A program made the translations under genes and the position numbers. Shown one piece after another: positions 16,539 through 24,283 of a stretch of 32,000 bases of DNA. The DNA comes from an uncultured bacterium (lineage in GTDB: Bacteria; Auribacterota; JACPWU01). The notes under the pieces are model-generated. The model worked only from the letters and a program-made list of their open reading frames with translations. It was not told the DNA's origin and ran no database searches. How positions within the stretch are numbered: the first letter of the stretch is position 1; each line of letters opens with the position of its first letter. The stretch lies in assembly GCA_964640155.1 (NCBI GenBank), contig CAZXEQ010000006.1:9013-41012 (forward strand), written 5' to 3'.

Positions 16539-19328
16539 CTAAAAACCATCTTCACTTGGAGGTGTCTTGACCGAAGCGGAGGGCTTTTCTGAACCAGAAG
16601 GTGCGACTTGAGTCTGAGTCTTTTGAATCTCAGGGCTTTGAGTTTGCAATGGAGTTTGAGTAGAAGTCTGTGATTGAGAAACCTCAGTCTTTGAAGAAGT
16701 TACAGATGTCGAGAAACCATTCATACTCACAATATAATCTCTAATCGCTCTTGTTTGCCAAACAGGATCCGCCAAAAAAGCATCTAACTCTGATCCAAAT
16801 AAATTTTCAAAGTATTGTTTTGTGTCTTTAAACTGAGGAGTTTTTAAAAGATTCGGGACAAAAGAAACACGCTTATCTCCCATTTTTGGAAAATTCGTCG
16901 GCATTTTTGTTCCAGGCTGTATTACTTCTGGTTCTAAAATCCAGCGAGCAATCCATTCATGCCTGAGACGATCTTTAGCTAAACCTAAATTAGGTCCCAA
17001 ATTCACCACTTGAGACCCTTTAGTAGATGGATCCATACTCACAGGGTGACAGGACATACATTTAAACATTTCAAAAAGTTTTTCCCCTGCTTTACGTTCA
17101 CGTTCAGGAACTTGAACATCTCCAAAATAATCAAATTCATAAGGATACTTTGCATCTGATAGTGATGAAAAATATGCCACAATGCTTGAAGCATCTTCAT
17201 CTGAAAGATTAAATTTCGGCATCCGCACCGTAAGCCAGGGTCTAATTAAAATAGGATTTTTCAAGAAGCTAAAAAGCCACTCAGGTTGAACTTTCGCACC
17301 TTCTCCCTCTAAACTAGGAGCAATTGCACTGCCCTTACCTTCAATGACATGACAGCCTGTACAGTTCAAGTCTCGAACTAAATTGCGCCCTTTCTCGATA
17401 GCATCTTCTTTTTTGGAAAGATTCTTTTTAAACTCGGACGGAATCTCCTTTTCTTCGCCACGGAAACTCGTCAACAAAGTAACCAGAGAATTGGCCTCTT
17501 CATCCGACAGATGAAAATTGGGCATCTTTTGTTCGATACGCTCCGTTGCATAAACTTGAGGATTTTTAATTTTATTAAAAGTCCAATCCCAAAGCGTATG
17601 AGGAATATCGTGCGCATAACCGAAAAAGAGAAGACTTAAATCCTTCGCTCCAAATGCTGTAAGTTCTGCACCCACGCGAGGTCTATTTTCAAGACCCGGA
17701 ACATTATGGCATCCAAAACATCCAAGGGACCCCATCAAATTCTTTCCCTTTTTTGCAAGGCCCACATCCACTGTTTCTGCCTTCGATGGATCCAGCCCCC
17801 AACTGTCATTTTTCAAAGTTATTAAATAACTGATCAAATGGGCAATTTCATCATCTTTAAGCCGCATGTTAGGCATTTTTCCATGAGGTAAATATTCACG
17901 AGGATTTTTTAACCAACGATACAGCCATTCTGGTCGAACTTTATTCCCCACATGTGTTAAATCAGGGGCAAAGGTTTCTCCTTCTTCACCTATTTTGTGA
18001 CAAGCAATACAAGCCAAATCTTTTACCAATTTTTTCCCTTCTTCTAGAGAACCCTTTTCTAAGGCCAATTTCTCATCACTCGTCATAGGAACGCTAGAGC
18101 TCAAACTTCCTAAATAATGTGCCATAGCCTTTGCTTCATCTTCTGTTACCTTAAATTGAGGCATACGTGTTGTTGGACTTAAACTTTTGGGATCTTTAAT
18201 CCAACGAGCCATCCAGTCCACAGTTGTTTTTTCGGAAATTTTGTCTAGTTCTGGTCCAACTTTTTTCGCATTTTCATATCCAGAAGCCAAATGACACCCC
18301 GAACAACCTAATTGGCCAAACAAGACTTTTCCTTGAGTTAATGTCGCGGCCTCTGGGACCTCCACTGTAGCATGACACTTCACGCAGGAGCTTTCTACCT
18401 TGTGATCCCTTAACAAAGGAAACTCCCAATGATGTACCTCTCCATGCGCATCCTTTACCGTTAAGGCAGATCCTTGTCCTCCATGGCAGGACGTACATCC
18501 AAATTTCTCTGGAGGGTGTTTTTTTAACAAAATATCAAGCTTGGGATGAGTTCGAAAGGGTTGTTCGTATTTTTGAGGATCTTCAAATCCGGGACGATCA
18601 ATCGCCAAATGACAGGTTTGACAACGATCTACTTTGTTTAAATCTTGGACAACAATCTGTTCAATTTTAGGACTTTTACGTTTTATATCTTTTACTTTTT
18701 TCTCAAGCATTTCGAGCTTGGTAGTCATCTGAATGATTTCTTTTTCAGTGTTTGAGACTTCTTCATCATGTGCTTGTACAATTCTCCACAAAGGAGCACT
18801 TTGATTCTCTACCTCTTTAATCTTAAGAGAAAGCTCATCTAATTCTTTTTGGTGTTGATCCACCTCCTGCTTTCGCCTATCAATATCTTTACTGTTTTCT
18901 AGTTTTGCTTTTTCAAAAAGATAATACACCGCATCAAAACGACTTTTCATGAATTGAGATTCTTTACCTAAATCTTCTAACTTATATTTTAGATCAGTGA
19001 GTTGATTTTTTGCTTGGATATAAGCTTTTTGTGCTTGAGAGTCTTGGGGACCCCCCTGAAGGGTTTTTAATTTTTCCTGAAGTGAACGATAAATTTTTTG
19101 CACTGCTTCTGATTCTAAATTTTGTTTCTCTATATTAAATTCCTCTGTCGCTTTTTCCAGCTCTAATTTAAAAAAAGTTTTTTGGAAATCTTTCCATGGA
19201 CGTCGATCAAAAGTCTCATCCCAAATCGCAAAAAGAGTAAGAAAAATAAGGCAAGCGACCGTAATAAAAAAAGGGATGCGAAAAGATTGCTCTTCTGTAG
19301 GTTTCTTTCGCCATTCATTTAAGCCCAT
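16539..19328 (-). CDS. Membrane-anchored octahaem cytochrome c: N-terminal TM helix, ~190-aa coiled-coil stalk, trihaem module, five tandem class-I monohaem domains and an S/T/Q/P-rich tail
   Basis: Eight CxxCH motifs: CQTCH, CTSCH, CVKCH, CSGCH, CIACH, CFGCH, CTGCH, CMSCH. The last five each sit in a repeated G..L...L.C..CH....G...P.L......V.P.W...W...P.......MP.F.L.D.E...L..YL unit with a distal MP (Met ligand). TM segment: IPFFITVACLIFLTLFAIW. Last gene of the Rieske/cyt b operon. Confidence 0.88.
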   Translation of the reverse strand: MGLNEWRKKPTEEQSFRIPFFITVACLIFLTLFAIWDETFDRRPWKDFQKTFFKLELEKATEEFNIEKQNLESEAVQKIYRSLQEKLKTLQGGPQDSQAQKAYIQAKNQLTDLKYKLEDLGKESQFMKSRFDAVYYLFEKAKLENSKDIDRRKQEVDQHQKELDELSLKIKEVENQSAPLWRIVQAHDEEVSNTEKEIIQMTTKLEMLEKKVKDIKRKSPKIEQIVVQDLNKVDRCQTCHLAIDRPGFEDPQKYEQPFRTHPKLDILLKKHPPEKFGCTSCHGGQGSALTVKDAHGEVHHWEFPLLRDHKVESSCVKCHATVEVPEAATLTQGKVLFGQLGCSGCHLASGYENAKKVGPELDKISEKTTVDWMARWIKDPKSLSPTTRMPQFKVTEDEAKAMAHYLGSLSSSVPMTSDEKLALEKGSLEEGKKLVKDLACIACHKIGEEGETFAPDLTHVGNKVRPEWLYRWLKNPREYLPHGKMPNMRLKDDEIAHLISYLITLKNDSWGLDPSKAETVDVGLAKKGKNLMGSLGCFGCHNVPGLENRPRVGAELTAFGAKDLSLLFFGYAHDIPHTLWDWTFNKIKNPQVYATERIEQKMPNFHLSDEEANSLVTLLTSFRGEEKEIPSEFKKNLSKKEDAIEKGRNLVRDLNCTGCHVIEGKGSAIAPSLEGEGAKVQPEWLFSFLKNPILIRPWLTVRMPKFNLSDEDASSIVAYFSSLSDAKYPYEFDYFGDVQVPERERKAGEKLFEMFKCMSCHPVSMDPSTKGSQVVNLGPNLGLAKDRLRHEWIARWILEPEVIQPGTKMPTNFPKMGDKRVSFVPNLLKTPQFKDTKQYFENLFGSELDAFLADPVWQTRAIRDYIVSMNGFSTSVTSSKTEVSQSQTSTQTPLQTQSPEIQKTQTQVAPSGSEKPSASVKTPPSEDGF

Positions 19329-19354
19329 CGTTCAATTTCCCTTTGTCCTTGGAG

Positions 19355-20227
19355 TTATACGTTAAACCAGGGGGTTACCCAGATATATTTGATATTAAAT
19401 GCATAGCGAAGAAACATTTTGATAGGAAGTCCCATCATACTCAAGAAAAGAAACACAAAAATAGAAAATCTCATCCATCCCATTTCTTGAAGCAACGGAC
19501 TTTTACGCCATCTCAAAATCAAATACCATAAAAAGCCTAAAGAATAATATGCTCCCAAAACAGCAGCACCAAACAAATTAGCAACCAGAGGAGAACGAAT
19601 TTTTAAAAGATCTGAGAGATTGACATTTGCTACTGCTACTACTTTATGAGGATCCCATTCTTCCGTAATCCAAAATAAATTCCATCCTGGACCTCGTAAA
19701 AAAGTTCCCACTATAATCATGGCCACCCACAACCCTAAAAAACCAAAACAAAAAATTAAAATAGCCTTCTTTCTTTCCTTAAAAGTGTAATAACCATTTC
19801 CCAATGGATTACGATCAATGTAAGGAATGGCCATCAACCCTACAATAATGAGTGTTGGCAAAACAACTCCTGCAATCCATGGATCAAAATAAACAAGCAT
19901 TTCCTGAAGTCCCAGAAAATACCATGGCGCTTTGCTCGGATTAGGTGTCACAGCAGGATTGGCAGGTAGTTCAAGCGGAGCATCTATGCCTAAAGACCAT
20001 GCAAAAAGAATGAGCAAAGTAATCAAAACAGACATGAACTCGGCTCGAACTAGATAAGGGAAAACAAAAACCTTATCTACTTCTTTACGAGGATCCGGCT
20101 TAACTCGATAACGGTCATTATGGAATGCCTGTTTTAAAGCCAAACTCAAAAAGAAAACCACAAGAAATAACATTCCAACAATAGGAATATTATCTGGCTG
20201 AGTAATAATTTTTAGAAAATGATTCAT
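19355..20227 (-). CDS. Cytochrome b C-terminal domain / subunit IV-like protein of a b6-type Rieske/cyt b complex (enlarged, ~6 TM, 290 aa)
   Basis: Qo-loop region NPSKAPWYFLGLQEMLVYF aligns with the PEWY(F) motif of cytochrome b / subunit IV. It is multi-TM and lies immediately downstream of the b6-like gene. Confidence 0.75.
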   Translation of the reverse strand: MNHFLKIITQPDNIPIVGMLFLVVFFLSLALKQAFHNDRYRVKPDPRKEVDKVFVFPYLVRAEFMSVLITLLILFAWSLGIDAPLELPANPAVTPNPSKAPWYFLGLQEMLVYFDPWIAGVVLPTLIIVGLMAIPYIDRNPLGNGYYTFKERKKAILIFCFGFLGLWVAMIIVGTFLRGPGWNLFWITEEWDPHKVVAVANVNLSDLLKIRSPLVANLFGAAVLGAYYSLGFLWYLILRWRKSPLLQEMGWMRFSIFVFLFLSMMGLPIKMFLRYAFNIKYIWVTPWFNV

Positions 20228-20232
20228 AGTTT

Positions 20233-20379
20233 AAAACCGTAGATAGCAATTCGTAATTCGCAGTTCGTTAAAATTAGTAGCTCGTAGTTCGCAATTCATA
20301 GTTCGTTGAAAACAGCTATTGGGTTAAGATAATTTTAGTTTTTATCTTTTGCGATCTACGATTTACTAACTACGAACTA
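20233..20379. repeat. Inverted tandem-heptamer element 1: about 9 copies of (T/C)A(G/A)TTCG, a 46-nt AT-rich spacer, then 4 copies of the reverse complement CGAnCTA
   Basis: Read directly. 20240-20267 is TAGATAG CAATTCG TAATTCG CAGTTCG. 20278-20305 is TAGCTCG TAGTTCG CAATTCA TAGTTCG. 20352-20379 is CGATCTA CGATTTA CTAACTA CGAACTA. The 28-nt arms are complementary at 22/28 positions. The element fills almost the whole cyt b6 / subunit IV intergenic gap. Confidence 0.85.
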
Positions 20380-20386
20380 CTTGTTT

Positions 20387-21253
20387 TTAAAGAGGACCTG
20401 ATATTCCTCCATCCTTCCTCACTCTCCAAAAGTGAATCGTCACAAAAACCAAGAGGAAAAATGGCAAAGCAATACAATGCAATACATAAAATCTCAAAAG
20501 CGTTGGAGCACCTACTTGTGTACCTCCCAAAAGTAAGAAGCGCACATCATTATCGGGTTGCATTCCAAGTTGAGGACCAAAAGGTCCTTCATGACCTAAA
20601 AGAGGCGTTGCACGGGCCATGTTTGTTCCCACAGTCACTGCCCAAATCGCTAGCTGATCCCAAGGAAGAAGATAGCCCGTAAAACTTAAAATCATTGTTA
20701 GAACTAAAAGAATGACACCCACACCCCAGTTAAATTCACGAGGTGGTTTGTAAGAACCGGTCATGAAGACACGAAACATATGAAGCCACACGGTGATAAT
20801 CATGCCATGTGCGGACCATCGATGCATATTTCTCAAAAGCATTCCAAAGGGAACATCAAATTGGAGATATTTCATGTCGCTATAAGCGTATTCAGCTGTA
20901 GGTCGATAATAAAACATCAAAGCAACACCGGTCACCAGAAGAATCAAGAAAAGAAAGAAACTTAAACCACCCATACACCAAGTATGCTTAAACTTGACTG
21001 CACCCCTGAGAACTTTTACAGGATGCAAATGTAAAAATACATTTCCAATAATCGCCAAAGTTCGATTTTTAGGTGTGTCTTTATAATCATGGCGAAACAT
21101 AGAACGCCAAACTTGCGTTTTACGCAATTTTTGACGCAAAGTTTCTTTCACAATAGGCGGCTTAGCAGTCTCCACAGGTTTTGATGCCGTCGGTGCTGCA
21201 CCCGTAGAAGCTGGTGATGATGTTGGTGATACAGGCTTATTATCTTCTGGCAT
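20387..21253 (-). CDS. Cytochrome b6-type (N-terminal, 4-helix) cytochrome b with a P/A/S/T-rich N-terminal extension
   Basis: Helix B haem ligands H-x13-H ([15 protein letters not shown]). Helix D H-x14-H ([16 protein letters not shown]), which is the b6/Firmicute-type spacing. WCMGG aligns with the YC(L/F)GG Cys that binds haem ci covalently. The split-gene organisation has a separate subunit IV. Confidence 0.88.
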   Translation of the reverse strand: MPEDNKPVSPTSSPASTGAAPTASKPVETAKPPIVKETLRQKLRKTQVWRSMFRHDYKDTPKNRTLAIIGNVFLHLHPVKVLRGAVKFKHTWCMGGLSFFLFLILLVTGVALMFYYRPTAEYAYSDMKYLQFDVPFGMLLRNMHRWSAHGMIITVWLHMFRVFMTGSYKPPREFNWGVGVILLVLTMILSFTGYLLPWDQLAIWAVTVGTNMARATPLLGHEGPFGPQLGMQPDNDVRFLLLGGTQVGAPTLLRFYVLHCIALPFFLLVFVTIHFWRVRKDGGISGPL

Positions 21254-21283
21254 TGATTTACCTTATCTTGATATTGATTTATA

Positions 21284-21847
21284 CTATATTTTGAGTAGCG
21301 CTTCTGGTTTATTCCACTCCCCTTTTTCAAATAGAAAAAGAGTGCCCTTATCAATCAATAATTGTCCATCGTCTGCAAGTGTAATTTTTACACGATCTAA
21401 AGCCCGAGGCGCAGGTCCTTCAAAATTAACCCCATCTCGACGAAAACCACTTCCATGACAGGGACATTTAAATTTATCCTCTACCGATAACCATACAGGC
21501 GTACAACCTAAATGGGTACACTTCGCAAGAAGGGCGTAAAAACCTTCCGAAGTTCGTGCAATCCATACACGCTGTTCAGAAGCCCAACGTGTGCTGATTT
21601 CTCCTGGAGGATATTCTTGAGGAAAACCCGCTTTAAAAATATTGGAAGGTTCAAAAAGCACTCGAGGGAAAAGATATCGCACAAGGCCCACCAGCCAGGA
21701 GCTCATCACAAGGCCAAAGAAATACCAGCCCGCTTTTACAAAAAAATCCCGTCGCGTATAAAGAGAAGCATCATCTTGAGACTGGATTTTCTTTTTTAAA
21801 TCTGGCTTTTTAACTTCCGCCGTAACATTCACTGGCTCAGTTGTCAT
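21284..21847 (-). CDS. Rieske [2Fe-2S] subunit with a Tat signal/anchor
   Basis: Box I CTHLGC, box II CPCHGS, twin-arginine motif TRRDFFVKAG followed by a hydrophobic helix. First gene of the operon. Confidence 0.9.
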   Translation of the reverse strand: MTTEPVNVTAEVKKPDLKKKIQSQDDASLYTRRDFFVKAGWYFFGLVMSSWLVGLVRYLFPRVLFEPSNIFKAGFPQEYPPGEISTRWASEQRVWIARTSEGFYALLAKCTHLGCTPVWLSVEDKFKCPCHGSGFRRDGVNFEGPAPRALDRVKITLADDGQLLIDKGTLFLFEKGEWNKPEALLKI

Positions 21848-21909
21848 TGACTTCCTAAAGATTAATAAAGCTTTGTAATCTAAATTGTTAAAAAATAATT
21901 TTGAGCTCG

Positions 21910-21938
21910 ATTATTTGATGTATTAATTCCAAAGTCAA
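21910..21938 (-). promoter_or_regulatory. Candidate sigma70-type promoter for the Rieske/cyt b operon
   Basis: On the minus strand: TTGACT (21938-21933), 17 nt, AATAAT (21915-21910), about 60 nt upstream of the Rieske ATG. Pattern match only. Confidence 0.3.
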
Positions 21939-21986
21939 TATTTTTTCATACTTGTTCAAACTTCTTACAAGTGAAATTCGTTTCCA

Positions 21987-22015
21987 TTGACAAATTTTAG
22001 TGAGAATCATACCCT
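21987..22015 (+). promoter_or_regulatory. Candidate sigma70-type promoter for the DUF59-kinase-receiver operon
   Basis: TTGACA (21987-21992), 17 nt, TACCCT (22010-22015). The -35 is perfect and the -10 is weak. Pattern match only. Confidence 0.25.
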
Positions 22016-22087
22016 TAGGTCGTTTTATTTTCCAGAAATAAAAATAATTTTTGATGATGAGCCACCTCAAGAAACAAGGTGAACGAA

Positions 22088-22402
22088 ATGGAAATGACTG
22101 ATACAAAAATAAAAGAAGTTAATGAAATACTTCAACAATGTTTTGACCCCGAAATCCCTAGTGTCAGTGTTGTTGACCTGGGCCTTATTTATGATATTCA
22201 AGTCCAGGGAGATCATGTTTCTATTAAAATGACTTTGACTGCAAGAGGTTGTGGAATGGCCAACATGATCTCAGATCAAATCAAAGTCATGGTTGAAGAC
22301 ATCCCTTGGGTTAAATCAGCCCAAGTCGACATTGTATGGGAACCCCCTTGGCATCCTGATCGCATGAGCGAAAAAGCTAAAAAAACTCTTGGATATGACT
22401 AA
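22088..22402 (+). CDS. DUF59/MIP18-family (SufT/PaaD-like) Fe-S cluster assembly-related protein
   Basis: ..DPEIPSVSVVDLGLIYDI......V.IKMTLTARGCGMANMI...I......I..V....V.IVWEPPW.P.RMSE.AK..LG is the classic DUF59 pattern with its conserved Cys. ATG 22088 has AAGGTG 6 nt upstream. The ORF-track start is GTG 22079. Confidence 0.85.
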   Translation: MEMTDTKIKEVNEILQQCFDPEIPSVSVVDLGLIYDIQVQGDHVSIKMTLTARGCGMANMISDQIKVMVEDIPWVKSAQVDIVWEPPWHPDRMSEKAKKTLGYD

Positions 22403-24278
22403 GGGCATTTATAAAGTCCTTATCATCGATCAAAACTCTCACGACATCTCGTTTTTTCAAAAAGTCTTTTCAGAAATCCGACCCACAACTTTTAACTTTG
22501 CATTTGAATTCGAAAAAAATCTAAACTCCAGTCTCTCTTATTTGACTCAAAATAAAGTTGATATTATTTTTTTAGATTTAATATTCCCCGCTCTCACCAG
22601 TTTAGAAGTAATACGAAAAGTGCGTGAAACAGCCATTGAAACACCCATCATCGTTCTAATGGAAAACAACGATGAAAAACTAGCACAAGAGATTCTCCAA
22701 CATGGAGTACAGGACTATCTCCTCAAAACCAGCATTCACTCCAAAATGCTTTCTCGTATCATCGTCCACTCCATCGAAAAAAAACGACTAGAAGAATCCC
22801 TACGATTGCAAAGCCAAATCGTCACCCATATGGCTGAAGGGGTATGTTTTGTTCGAGCTCGTGATGCAATGGTGGTTTACGCCAATTCTACATTTGAATC
22901 CATGTTCGGGTATTTTTCTGGAGAGCTTTTTAATAAACCTTTGTCCATTCTTTATGCACCCTCCTTTGAAAAAAGCGCTCCGGCTCAAGCTCAGGAAACG
23001 ATTCGACACCTTAAAAAGACAGGCAAATGGAATGGAGAAGTACATCATTTAAAGAAAGATGGATCCTCTTTTTGGTGCCAGGCAAATATTTCAACTTTTG
23101 AGCATCCAGAATACGGACTGATTTGGGTGGGCGTTTTTACAGACATTACCAAGCGTAAATTAGCTGAAGAAACTTTAATTCGAACAACTTCTGAGCTTCA
23201 AGCCATTTTCCATGCGTTCCCTGACCTTTATTTTCGACTGGGTGAGGATGGAACCATTTTAGATTATCATGCCGGCCAATCTAAAAACTTATTCTTGTCC
23301 TCCAAAGATTTTTTAGGACAGCGCATTCAGGACATTCTCCCCAACAAAATTGAAAATCAATTCAAACAAATCATCTCTCTTACTCATCAAAAAAAGGAAA
23401 TGGGTTCTCTGGAATATTCTTTAAATCTTCAAAATGAAGAAAACTTTTTTGAGGCTCGTATTCTTCCTCTTTTAAAAGATCAAGTTTTGGTGATCGTTAG
23501 GAATATTACTGAACGTAAAAAACTTGAAAAAATCAAAGATGAATTTATCAGCACTGTTTCGCATGAACTACGAACTCCCTTAAGCATTGTCAAAGAAGCC
23601 ATTAGCAGTTTAAAAGATGAACTCTTAGGACCGCTTAATAAGGAACAAGTTGAAGTTGTCGATATTGCAAATCGAAACGCCTATCGCCTCTGGAGAATTA
23701 TTAATGATATTCTTGATCTCTCAAAACTACAATCTGGCAAAGTTAGTGTTCATCCATTTTCTGTCAATATTGCTCAATTGATAAAGGAGGCAACACAAAG
23801 CTTTCAAACCATTGCTTCCAATAAAAATATACAGATTGATATAGAGTTACCGGAAGTGATTCCTTCTCTCATTTGCGATGGGAATCTGATTGAACGTGTT
23901 CTTGGAAATCTCTTGGATAATGCGATACGATTTTCTAAAAGTCATATTTTAATAAAAGCGGCTCTCACCCAGCAAAATCAGCAGGCATTAGGCAAAAAAG
24001 ATAAAAAAAATACTCCGATGCCTTCTAACTCTCATTTTATTCAAATCAGTGTTATGGATGATGGACCTGGTATTGATAAAAAAGACATTGAACATTTATT
24101 CGAAAAATTTCATCAGATTCACCGTCCGGTGGGAGGAGCTGGCTATAAAGGAACAGGGCTGGGACTCGCAATTTCTAAGGAAATCATTGAACTTCATCAG
24201 GGTAAAATCTGGGTTGAAAGTGCGCTTAAAAAAGGATCTAAATTTCACTTTAGTTTACCCGTCACATTAGGAGAATAA
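22395..24278 (+). CDS. Hybrid sensor histidine kinase: N-terminal receiver-like domain, two PAS domains, HisKA, HATPase_c
   Basis: REC-like VLIID....DIIFLDL...PIIVLM...DYLLKT. PAS modules end in DITKRKLAEE and NITERKKLEK. H-box is FISTVSHELRTPL. N-box LLDNAIRFS, G1 DDGPGI and G2 GTGLGLAISK are present. The ATG at 22395 overlaps the DUF59 stop (ATGACTAA). The ORF track starts at TTG 22389. Confidence 0.88.
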   Translation: MTKGIYKVLIIDQNSHDISFFQKVFSEIRPTTFNFAFEFEKNLNSSLSYLTQNKVDIIFLDLIFPALTSLEVIRKVRETAIETPIIVLMENNDEKLAQEILQHGVQDYLLKTSIHSKMLSRIIVHSIEKKRLEESLRLQSQIVTHMAEGVCFVRARDAMVVYANSTFESMFGYFSGELFNKPLSILYAPSFEKSAPAQAQETIRHLKKTGKWNGEVHHLKKDGSSFWCQANISTFEHPEYGLIWVGVFTDITKRKLAEETLIRTTSELQAIFHAFPDLYFRLGEDGTILDYHAGQSKNLFLSSKDFLGQRIQDILPNKIENQFKQIISLTHQKKEMGSLEYSLNLQNEENFFEARILPLLKDQVLVIVRNITERKKLEKIKDEFISTVSHELRTPLSIVKEAISSLKDELLGPLNKEQVEVVDIANRNAYRLWRIINDILDLSKLQSGKVSVHPFSVNIAQLIKEATQSFQTIASNKNIQIDIELPEVIPSLICDGNLIERVLGNLLDNAIRFSKSHILIKAALTQQNQQALGKKDKKNTPMPSNSHFIQISVMDDGPGIDKKDIEHLFEKFHQIHRPVGGAGYKGTGLGLAISKEIIELHQGKIWVESALKKGSKFHFSLPVTLGE

Positions 24279-24283
24279 AAAAA

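Noticed and set aside
20233-20379. Heptamer arrays (here and at 28128-28212) as CRISPR arrays
   Set aside because: The units are 7 nt with no spacers, the total length is under 150 bp, the two halves are inverted, and no cas genes are present. This is not CRISPR.
21888-22106. 72-aa ORF on the minus strand in the divergent intergenic region
   Set aside because: It is AT-rich with a hydrophobic/Lys-rich composition, overlaps the DUF59 gene start and the likely promoters, and has no SD or motif. It is probably spurious.
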